Shown: positions 37,544-44,806 of the stretch, in pieces
Layout: every line of letters begins with the position of its first letter
How positions within the stretch are numbered: the stretch's first letter is position 1
The notes under the pieces: generated by a model
The model's database searches: none
What the model was told of the DNA's origin: nothing
What the model saw: the letters and a program-made list of their open reading frames with translations, nothing else
IMG/VR virus record: IMGVR_UViG_3300007231_001794
Span: 1-44,806 of that record
Reading direction: 5' to 3' (one strand)
From: a virus
Lineage: Duplodnaviria > Caudoviricetes
Length of the DNA: 44,806 bases
Made by a program: the position numbers and the translations under genes

Positions 37544-39319
37544 TTATCTTTGGAAATCAAAACCATCAGTTCCAGGGAAGCCTCCAAATGGTAAGAATGA
37601 TATTTCTTCTTGTGTAGTGACATTTTTGTTTACTGCGTATGAGTAAGTATTCACGGATGCTGCTTTTTGATCTGGACCATTATATATTAAGTCATTTTTC
37701 TGAGTTGACTGGTCGATAATCTTCTCTATAAATCCATCTTCATCTGAGGATGGTTCTGACCACCACGCTAAAAGCCCGTCTAGTATAGCTCGCTCTTCTG
37801 GAATATCGCTATCTTTAAAGTATTCTATAGGTCTCATTCTTGAACCGCCGCCAACAACAGGTCTATAAAGAAGATCTAATTCTTTATTTTCTAGGTACCT
37901 GTCCCAAAAACAAACGCCTTCAGAGGCTCCCCTCAGTCCGTCGTTTTGGCTGTAAACATGAAAATGTTCGTAAAGTTTCCCAGTATATTGTAAGGTTGAA
38001 AAGTTCTCTGCTTTTGTATAGGGGTTGTATAAAGAGAAACCATAACCATCTTCGCCCCTTCTTACTATTAATTTATTTTGGCCTTGATCTTCTGGGGTTA
38101 TTTTTAGACTTTTTGTTGTAGTTCCATTGTTATATTTTCTTAGGTAAGCCCTAATAGACTTAGAAACATAAGTGAGTGTAAGACCTTTATAGCTACCTCT
38201 TGTTGCGTTAGAAGTGCTTAATATATCCGTGTACGACTTGCTGCCTATTAGGTCTTCATTAAAATTAAAAGCCATTGTCCAAGGCCTATTGCCACTTAAG
38301 GCTTGCAAAAATGGTAGTTGATTTTCTGGTTCATAAAAGCTTTTTAACTTTTCATCGCTGTAGTTTATAAGATTTAAAGTACCTAATGAGACTTGCTCTT
38401 GCGCCAAAAATCTTGTCACAGATCTACCTTCAGTGAATCTAAGTTTACAAGAGGAAAGTTTTTTATTACATCCTTCTTTGTCCCAAAATTCAGGATTATC
38501 ATCTGGAGACAAACCCCTAACGTCTGTTTTTGCAATATAATAATTTAATAAAGGTCGAGAATCTTCGACGGAACCAGGATCTTCTATTGTTACCCTGTTA
38601 TTTTTTATAAAAACCAAGTCTCCAGTTGTGTAATCCTTAGAGTCGTTATATTCATCTTGTGCATTTCCGAACGAAAATCCATCTTTAACATTTATCTGAT
38701 TTCCGTTTATATCTGTAAACGCCTTACCATCTTCTTTCTGTACTGGAATGCCTTGGTATTGACATCCCATACCCCTGTATTGCCAATAGCAATACTTCCC
38801 CATTATTCTTCTGCTGTTTATTTCGAAGTTGTCTAAGTCTAGCGGAGATGTTAACTCGAGCTCTACATATATTTTATTCTCTTGCGCTTTTTGAGAAACT
38901 ATATAAGTTTGCCTAGATAGTTCGGCTGTTGAGTCTGAATTTCCGAAAGGGTTTCCTCCGTCAAAGTTTTCGTCGTCAAGAAATTTAACAAATGTTCTTA
39001 TTCTTGTTATTCTGGCGTTTTTAAAATCGTCATTTTTCCTTAAAAGGTTTGTTACAAAATAATCCTTGTTTGATATTTTCATTTTGGGCCTATTAACTCT
39101 TCCATCAGCATTGATTTCAAAACCCTCTATCTCAAGACCTATTGGCATATAAGCCCTGCCTTGCCAAACCACGCCCTTCTTAAAGTTAGACCCATTATGT
39201 ATAGCATAAGATGTTTCTGGTTTTTTAATAGCATCAGGGAAAACCAAAAACAAATCTAAAATAGCTGTCGGCTCTAAATCCAACAGAGATTTTGCTATCT
39301 TATCTAATCCTTCTCCCAT
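37544..39319 (-). CDS. Minor tail protein (lambda L-like) with large insertion
   Basis: WQGRAYMP, RPKMKISN, RIRTFVKFLD, ELTSPLD, CYWQYRGMGC, CNK.LSSCKLRF, LPFGGFPG. Confidence 0.9.
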   Translation of the reverse strand: MGEGLDKIAKSLLDLEPTAILDLFLVFPDAIKKPETSYAIHNGSNFKKGVVWQGRAYMPIGLEIEGFEINADGRVNRPKMKISNKDYFVTNLLRKNDDFKNARITRIRTFVKFLDDENFDGGNPFGNSDSTAELSRQTYIVSQKAQENKIYVELELTSPLDLDNFEINSRRIMGKYCYWQYRGMGCQYQGIPVQKEDGKAFTDINGNQINVKDGFSFGNAQDEYNDSKDYTTGDLVFIKNNRVTIEDPGSVEDSRPLLNYYIAKTDVRGLSPDDNPEFWDKEGCNKKLSSCKLRFTEGRSVTRFLAQEQVSLGTLNLINYSDEKLKSFYEPENQLPFLQALSGNRPWTMAFNFNEDLIGSKSYTDILSTSNATRGSYKGLTLTYVSKSIRAYLRKYNNGTTTKSLKITPEDQGQNKLIVRRGEDGYGFSLYNPYTKAENFSTLQYTGKLYEHFHVYSQNDGLRGASEGVCFWDRYLENKELDLLYRPVVGGGSRMRPIEYFKDSDIPEERAILDGLLAWWSEPSSDEDGFIEKIIDQSTQKNDLIYNGPDQKAASVNTYSYAVNKNVTTQEEISFLPFGGFPGTDGFDFQR

Positions 39320-39429
39320 GAAATAAGTTACACTTCTTATCCTATTTTATGACATTTTATTGATTTTTAAACACCTAATTAATGTTAATTAAAAAAAACA
39401 CTGGACAAACCATTTGTTTGCCGTAATAT

Positions 39430-39630
39430 ATGGATATGGAAAACATCATCTACAGAGTTTATGACAAGAAAAACAGGTTTCATCAAAGCTATTCCCCAAA
39501 ACTGCAAGACGGCAAATCCTGGGCTGTTGATTGTGCCGCTTTAATAAAAGGGTCTGTAAAAGAAGACTGTTTGGATGAGCTTGGTGCGGTGAAAAGCTCA
39601 AAGGTTATATTCAATGCCGAAAACAAATAA
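39430..39630 (+). CDS. Hypothetical protein (start may be 39436)
   Basis: Follows TGGACA-16-TAATAT; overlaps the next gene. Confidence 0.6.
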   Translation: MDMENIIYRVYDKKNRFHQSYSPKLQDGKSWAVDCAALIKGSVKEDCLDELGAVKSSKVIFNAENK

Positions 39631-40189
39631 CACAAAAATAGAACTCGTTGATTTTGGCGATCAAGAATCAAACAATATTATAAAAAAATACTGTTTACAT
39701 TCGGCACCATTCGACCAAATTCATAATTTTTATTCTATTTCTTGCAGGGATATCGCGTCCGAAAACTTCCTTGAACACTTAAAAGAAAAATGTCAATTAT
39801 CAATTACGGCTAAATCCGAAGAAGATTATTTGTTTTTTACCTTTTTCAAAAAAGATAAGGGCGGTTTCATTGACTTGTATTTTGCGATGCCCAACACAAA
39901 CCTCAACCTTTCCGCAGATATAATGCGGCATAACTTTTATTCTCTTTGCTTATATGCTATTAATTACTTCTCTATAGACAACATAGAAGGTTTAATTTAT
40001 AGAAAAAACAAAAAAAATTCAATGAAGTTATTTTTTAAAAGATATATAAAAGCCATGACCTACAAAGAAAATGAAGATCTACCTTATGATTCTGTGTATT
40101 TAACTAAAGAATCCATACTAAATCACCGTGAAGAATTGCAAGTTCAAAGTAATAGGAACAAACTCGACCACAAAACACCTAGAAAATAA
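39614..40189 (+). CDS. Hypothetical protein
   Basis: 191-aa ORF in an overlapping gene run. Confidence 0.6.
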   Translation: MPKTNNTKIELVDFGDQESNNIIKKYCLHSAPFDQIHNFYSISCRDIASENFLEHLKEKCQLSITAKSEEDYLFFTFFKKDKGGFIDLYFAMPNTNLNLSADIMRHNFYSLCLYAINYFSIDNIEGLIYRKNKKNSMKLFFKRYIKAMTYKENEDLPYDSVYLTKESILNHREELQVQSNRNKLDHKTPRK

Positions 40190-40373
40190 GGTTTTCGAGA
40201 TTGGAGACTTCGTGTTCACTCAAAGACAGCAAGCCTTAGATGCGCATTGCAATGGTGATGCTTATTTGTTTGATATGAAATCTGTTACTTTTTGTGACAA
40301 GGGTATATTATTGTCTGGTTTCATTTCTGACGAAAACAAAAACGTAGGAAGAATCTCCTTTAAATATTTGTAA
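40128..40373 (+). CDS. Hypothetical protein
   Basis: 81-aa ORF with GTG start filling the gap before 40402. Confidence 0.55.
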   Translation: MKNCKFKVIGTNSTTKHLENKVFEIGDFVFTQRQQALDAHCNGDAYLFDMKSVTFCDKGILLSGFISDENKNVGRISFKYL

Positions 40374-40401
40374 AAAATAGATTAGATGTGTATGTATTTA
40401 T

Positions 40402-40653
40402 ATGTCAACATCAACACAATCAACCCTTTTAAAACAAGTAGGTCACTACGGAGGAGAAAGAGTAGGGGTAGGGACCCACACTGGAAATTTCATGGCAATT
40501 CATGCCCTTGATGATTGCACTATTGGTGCAGGAACAGTGGGTAGCATATCAAATTTTGACGGAGCAGCAATAGCTCTTGGCGATGTAATCGTTGGAGATT
40601 GGACTTCTATTGAACTTACTGCTGGAGACGCAATCCTTTATTACTCAAGCTAA
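40402..40653 (+). CDS. Small putative virion protein
   Basis: G/T/A-rich beta-type composition; preceded by GTGTAT. Confidence 0.6.
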   Translation: MSTSTQSTLLKQVGHYGGERVGVGTHTGNFMAIHALDDCTIGAGTVGSISNFDGAAIALGDVIVGDWTSIELTAGDAILYYSS

Positions 40654-40656
40654 AAA

Positions 40657-40857
40657 ATGAAATCTCTCTCAATACGAGGATTAAACACTGTATTTAGCAG
40701 ACTTCGCACTAAGACTGCTTCTATACTCGTTTGTTGTTCTAATCTTTGGAAAGATTCTATCGCATGGCAAGATTCTTGCCTTTGGGTTGAGGGTGATGAA
40801 ACATTATGGGTTAATGGAGATGTTTGGAATAATGAATCTATTTGGCCTACCGAATAA
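40657..40857 (+). CDS. Small Trp-periodic hypothetical protein
   Basis: Six Trp spaced 6,6,8,6,6; 3 nt after the previous stop. Confidence 0.6.
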   Translation: MKSLSIRGLNTVFSRLRTKTASILVCCSNLWKDSIAWQDSCLWVEGDETLWVNGDVWNNESIWPTE

Positions 40858-40869
40858 CTTAAAACAAAA

Positions 40870-41205
40870 ATGAGCTTACTTAACGAAATACAACAACCAT
40901 CACAAAACAGTCCAAAGAGAAAAGCCTCTAGGATTAAATACCTCAATGTCGCGTTAGCTAATGAGATTATAAGATGCTGGCATGAAGGCTGGGACATGAT
41001 ATGGAGCGATCCAAACCCGCAAGCAGTTCTTGACGCTCTTGGTGAAGATGCTGGCGAACTTTTTGATATAAACGAACAAACATTAATATATTTAAACAAT
41101 GTTCTAGGTGGTCGTCGCCAATCAGATCTTGATAATATCTTTGCCAAGGTGGCGGCAAAACCAGCCACGACTACGGACGAAAACGGTAACGTAACAATAA
41201 CTTAA
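40870..41205 (+). CDS. Hypothetical protein
   Basis: 111-aa ORF in a tightly packed run. Confidence 0.65.
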   Translation: MSLLNEIQQPSQNSPKRKASRIKYLNVALANEIIRCWHEGWDMIWSDPNPQAVLDALGEDAGELFDINEQTLIYLNNVLGGRRQSDLDNIFAKVAAKPATTTDENGNVTIT

Positions 41206-41209
41206 CAAC

Positions 41210-41638
41210 ATGGCACAAAATCAAATTTCAATTACTACAGGGGTTACTACGCATGAGAACGTTCTCAGCGGGATGAATGCAAACTTTGCTGATTCTGAGA
41301 CGAGAATTGGAGGCTTAGAGGATAAAACCTTACAACAACCAATAAGTTCTTCAGCTGGTTCACTTGCTTTTGATACATCCCTTGGAGGTAATGCTACAAC
41401 AACCCTCACCGAGGACGTAACTACCTTTTCCATTACAAACGCTGCGTCTGGAGATTCTGGCCTGATTCTTGTCGAGCAAGACAACACAGCTGGCTGGACA
41501 TTCACTAGCACATATGACGTTCTTGCTGGCGATCTCGCAGATATAGCTTCGATTACAGCCTCTGGCATTGGAGCGGCTTCTGTTGGTTGGTATCACGACG
41601 GTACAGATAATTATCTTTATGTTAGCCAAGCAACCTAA
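41210..41638 (+). CDS. Putative fibre/virion decoration protein
   Basis: N-terminal MNANF...RIGGLE helix followed by a T/S/G-rich beta domain. Confidence 0.55.
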   Translation: MAQNQISITTGVTTHENVLSGMNANFADSETRIGGLEDKTLQQPISSSAGSLAFDTSLGGNATTTLTEDVTTFSITNAASGDSGLILVEQDNTAGWTFTSTYDVLAGDLADIASITASGIGAASVGWYHDGTDNYLYVSQAT

Positions 41639-41650
41639 ACACTTTTTAAA

Positions 41651-42115
41651 ATGAAAACTTATCAACTAATAAACCTTAGCCCTCTTAAACTCCGCTATAA
41701 GAGTTTGAATGGTCTGCCGTCATCTATTACCCGTGAAGCTGCGGCCCCGCAAACACCAGATGGTTACAAATACGTTGAAAACCTTACCGTCCCAAATGAT
41801 GCCCCAGAAGGACAGCGTTATGTTAGAGAACTTACTGTTGATTCTTATGGTTGGAAGCTTGAGGATGTCCCTGTTCAAGTAATTAACGAGGTAACAAACT
41901 ATCAGATCAAACAAGCCCTCAACACGGTCCCTGCTGATCGTGCTGCTGTAGATGCTTTTGTTGCTGGCAGTGGCGACCAAAATGTTATTGATGGTTGGTC
42001 TCATGCTGCTGTATTCAAAAGAGACAATGCATTATTTCTTGGTGCTGTTGCTTATCTTGGTTGGACTCAAGAAAAAGTAGACGGTTATATTGAGCTTGCT
42101 GCGACCTTCGATTAA
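41651..42115 (+). CDS. Putative tail-fibre-associated/chaperone protein
   Basis: VTNYQIKQAL...W..A..FKRD...LGWT..VD pattern typical of fibre-adjacent genes. Confidence 0.5.
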   Translation: MKTYQLINLSPLKLRYKSLNGLPSSITREAAAPQTPDGYKYVENLTVPNDAPEGQRYVRELTVDSYGWKLEDVPVQVINEVTNYQIKQALNTVPADRAAVDAFVAGSGDQNVIDGWSHAAVFKRDNALFLGAVAYLGWTQEKVDGYIELAATFD

Positions 42116-42136
42116 TAAATTTAAAAATAAAAAATA

Positions 42137-42721
42137 ATGGCACTAAATCCTTTCATACCCACAAGTGGATCAACTCACTTGACATTCCGCAACAATTATA
42201 ATACCAATATATCAGAGATCGAATCTCGTATATCTGGTGTTGAAGCTGTGTCTGGGAACTACGCTCCTGCAAGTCACCAACATGTGGTTGGTGATATTGA
42301 TTCTGCGACAGCCGTAAGCGGTTACGTTATCACTGCAGATGGCGGTGGAAACGCAACCTGGGAAGAAGCTCAAGGCGGTGGAGGTGCCGCTAATTTTAGC
42401 GTTGTCACGGTAGACACCCCAACTTATACACAAATCCCACAGCACACACATCACCTTTACGATGACACAGATCTTGGTGATAACGGTAGCGGTGGAGGTG
42501 GAGCTTGTATCGCGGTTGATCTTCTCGACCCAACACTACATGAAGCTGTTACTGTCCACAAAAAAATAGGCAATAGTTGCGATGTTCTGCTTCTTCCTCC
42601 TAGTGGTTGCACTATTGACGGTGTTGTAAGTGATGGTCTTGTAAGCGGTTATACCTTAACATCTCAAAACGAAGCTATCTCTATATTCAGTGATGGAGTA
42701 TCTGGTTACTATATACAATAA
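42137..42721 (+). CDS. Putative fibre protein with phage tail repeat-like motif
   Basis: YAPASHQHVVGDI (HxH fibre motif), VITADGGGNATW, TIDG. Confidence 0.6.
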   Translation: MALNPFIPTSGSTHLTFRNNYNTNISEIESRISGVEAVSGNYAPASHQHVVGDIDSATAVSGYVITADGGGNATWEEAQGGGGAANFSVVTVDTPTYTQIPQHTHHLYDDTDLGDNGSGGGGACIAVDLLDPTLHEAVTVHKKIGNSCDVLLLPPSGCTIDGVVSDGLVSGYTLTSQNEAISIFSDGVSGYYIQ

Positions 42722-43365
42722 TGAGCCACACTGCGAAAACTCCTCCAACAGCTAATGCAATTGCAGATCTTCCAGATGCGAAAGATGGCACTGTTGCTTA
42801 TGATGCTGCTGCGGGTAAGCCAGTAGCAAGAATAAATGGCGCATGGGAGAGTATTGCTGGTGGTGGTGGTGGTACACCTACCGTTGTTTATGATGATGGT
42901 GCTGCTATTGGTAACACGGACCAAATCCAAGGAGATATTCCTGCTGACTGGAAACAGAACGACTCCTCTTTAAGAGGATTAGTAATTGGCACATCTTGCA
43001 CAAGTATTGGGAGTCTTGCTTTTGATTATTGCTTTGGCTTAACTGGCTCATTAGTGATACCAGATAGTGTCACGACTATTGGGCTTGCTTCTTTTTTCTT
43101 TTGCACTGGCTTAAATGGTTCATTAACTATTGGGAATAGTGTTACGAGTATTGGGGATAATGCTTTTAATGGTTGCTCTTCCATCACCGCTCTTTACACC
43201 AACACACCAGCAGCATCATGGGTCGGAACAAATGCTTTAAACGGAACAACAGCACTTGTCAACATCTACGAAGGACCAGATGTCACTGGTCAATACAGTG
43301 CTACATTCCAAGGAGGATCTGGAATGACTGTATCCGCATGGACAAACTACCCTAACATACCATAA
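42721..43365 (+). CDS. BspA/TpLRR-type leucine-rich repeat protein, paralogue 1 (3 LRR units)
   Basis: LVIPDSVTxIGxxAFxxCxxL units with 72-nt period. Confidence 0.9.
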   Translation: MSHTAKTPPTANAIADLPDAKDGTVAYDAAAGKPVARINGAWESIAGGGGGTPTVVYDDGAAIGNTDQIQGDIPADWKQNDSSLRGLVIGTSCTSIGSLAFDYCFGLTGSLVIPDSVTTIGLASFFFCTGLNGSLTIGNSVTSIGDNAFNGCSSITALYTNTPAASWVGTNALNGTTALVNIYEGPDVTGQYSATFQGGSGMTVSAWTNYPNIP

Positions 43366-43389
43366 TACAAATTTTAACTAAAAAACAAT

Positions 43390-43953
43390 ATGAAATACGC
43401 AATCACAGGCCCAAGAGGGGCAATTTTTAACATAGTAGATACAGAGCCAACAGAGGCTCCAAACTACAGCGAAATTTCAGATGCAGATGCAGCCACAGTG
43501 CAAGCAAGTGAGGATAGATTCTTTATCATTGATGGTATTCTACTGACACAAGAAGAAGGCTTCCAAAAAATGAGAAGAAGCTTTATTGATGAAAAAATAG
43601 ACAACAGTGCCGATCTTGATGCAGGTAAAGAGATTCTTAGAGATCATTTCGCAGAAAGAAGATATGATTTTGAGGTTGGAGGTATAGTTTGGAACGGACT
43701 TGACGTAAGAACCGATAGGTTTACAGTTGAGAGAATTTATCAAGCAAGATTCTTGGCAAAAGAAGATGCCGCATTTACTACGGATTGGAAACTAGGCAAT
43801 GGAACATTCATGACAATCGATTCCCCAACTATAATTGGTCTATCTGATGCTGTTACTGCCCACCTTAAAGAAGCATTTACAAAAGAAAAAGTAGCCAATG
43901 GGTCAATCGATGCCGCAACTACTGTTGCAGAATTAAAAGCCGTTCAATGGTAA
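43390..43953 (+). CDS. DUF4376-like tail-fibre-associated protein
   Basis: RYDFEVGGI...VRTDR, WKLGNG.F, H...F..E...I..ATTVAELKAVQW. Confidence 0.7.
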   Translation: MKYAITGPRGAIFNIVDTEPTEAPNYSEISDADAATVQASEDRFFIIDGILLTQEEGFQKMRRSFIDEKIDNSADLDAGKEILRDHFAERRYDFEVGGIVWNGLDVRTDRFTVERIYQARFLAKEDAAFTTDWKLGNGTFMTIDSPTIIGLSDAVTAHLKEAFTKEKVANGSIDAATTVAELKAVQW

Positions 43954-43954
43954 T

Positions 43955-44671
43955 ATGAGCCACACAAGTAAAGAGCCACCTAGCCAATATGCAGCTGGCG
44001 ACCTTCCTAGCAACCCGCCAGAAGGAACAGTTGCTTATGATAAAACCAACCAAAAGATGGTTGCGTTTAAGAATAGTTCTTGGGGTGACTTCGGGGGTTC
44101 TGGAGGTGTAGGCTCTACTACTTACGTTAGAGATAATGTAGCTGGGGTAATCGACCAAATCCAAGGAGACATTCCCGCCAACTGGAAAATCAGCGACAGC
44201 TCTTTAAAAGGATTAGTAATTGGGACATCATGTACAAGTATTGGGAGTAATGCTTTTTATAGTTGCTCCGCCTTAACTGGTTCATTAGTTATCCCAGATA
44301 GTGTTACAAGTATTGGGAATAGGGCTTTTCAGAATTGCGTTGACTTAACTGGTTCATTAATTATTGGAAATAGTGTTACGAGTATTGGGGCTTATGCTTT
44401 TACTGATACTACTTTTGGAGGAGCAATAGTTATACCAGATAGTGTTACAAGTATTGGGAGTTATACGTTTTATTATTGCAATAGTTTCTCTACACTCTAT
44501 GTTAACACACCAGCATCATCATGGGTTGGGGTAAACGCTTTAGGAGGGGCTGGTCTCACTACTATATATGTTAATGGTGTAACAGCATTAGGATATACTT
44601 CTGGAGCGCAAACATTTCAAGGTAAATCATTGACTATAACCGAATGGACAAACTACCCTAACATACCATAA
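43955..44671 (+). CDS. BspA/TpLRR-type leucine-rich repeat protein, paralogue 2 (4 LRR units)
   Basis: Same N-terminal MSHT, DQIQGDIPA.WK cap and WTNYPNIP end as paralogue 1. Confidence 0.9.
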   Translation: MSHTSKEPPSQYAAGDLPSNPPEGTVAYDKTNQKMVAFKNSSWGDFGGSGGVGSTTYVRDNVAGVIDQIQGDIPANWKISDSSLKGLVIGTSCTSIGSNAFYSCSALTGSLVIPDSVTSIGNRAFQNCVDLTGSLIIGNSVTSIGAYAFTDTTFGGAIVIPDSVTSIGSYTFYYCNSFSTLYVNTPASSWVGVNALGGAGLTTIYVNGVTALGYTSGAQTFQGKSLTITEWTNYPNIP

Positions 44672-44672
44672 G

Positions 44673-44806
44673 ATGTCACACACAACTAAAATACCACCAG
44701 CTAAATACGCAACTTCAGATCTTCCAACTGACGTTGCCGTTGGGACTATTGTGTTTGATGAAACAACAAGCGAACACAAATCATTTAACGGATCATCATG
44801 GGACGC
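44673..44806 (+). CDS. Third MSHT-type paralogue, truncated by the window end
   Basis: MSHTTKIPPAKYATSDLPTDVAVGTIVFDETTSEHKSFNGSSWD aligns with the N-termini of paralogues 1 and 2. Confidence 0.8.
   Translation, partial: MSHTTKIPPAKYATSDLPTDVAVGTIVFDETTSEHKSFNGSSWD

Larger units (their letters stand above)
43338..44671 (+). repeat. Identical 28-bp direct repeat at the 3' ends of both LRR genes
   Basis: ATGGACAAACTACCCTAACATACCATAA at 43338-43365 and 44644-44671. Confidence 0.9.

Noticed and set aside
547-44164. Numerous 60-170 aa opposite-strand or nested ORFs, e.g. 2047-2373, 31982-32320, 40650-41168
   Set aside because: They are shadows of well-supported genes and show no motifs or start signals.
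42979-44490. 72-nt periodic repeats as a CRISPR array
   Set aside because: They are in-frame, degenerate and encode LRR units.
42721-44806. A complete DGR as an annotated feature
   Set aside because: No reverse transcriptase, accessory gene or non-coding template repeat is visible, so it is reported only as a hypothesis.
1-44806. tRNA genes or stop-codon recoding
   Set aside because: No cloverleaf was noticed in the few intergenic gaps, and long genes are intact in the standard code.

Overview
A 44.8 kb AT-rich segment of a large tailed dsDNA bacteriophage genome, densely coding in the standard genetic code, with four transcription blocks. (1) 44-3428, minus: FmdB-like protein, small heat-shock protein, glycosyltransferase, SSB, sigma-70-family sigma factor, dNMP kinase. 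(2) 3903-29863, plus: class Id-like ribonucleotide reductase, a sugar-modification cluster with gmd, RecA, DnaB, primase, PD-(D/E)XK nucleases, a DnaE polymerase split into PHP, exonuclease and catalytic genes, a ClpA/C-type ATPase, a probable pseudokinase, further glycosyltransferases and a probable annealing protein. (3) 29838-39319, minus: lambda-like tail-tip module L-K-I-J with large insertions. (4) 39430-end, plus: small virion or fibre-type genes and an array of at least three paralogues, two of them complete BspA-type leucine-rich-repeat (LRR) genes. The strongest unexplained signal is in the LRR units: variable codons change at positions 1-2 but keep position 3 (NNT/NNC, never NNA), as expected from adenine-directed, DGR-like diversification. 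No reverse transcriptase or template repeat is visible in the window. Other signals are a palindrome-rich gap at the strand switch (3429-3833), a sigma-54-type promoter before hsp20, many apparently leaderless promoters and a GTGTA(A) motif. All product calls rest on motifs read by eye; no database searches were run.
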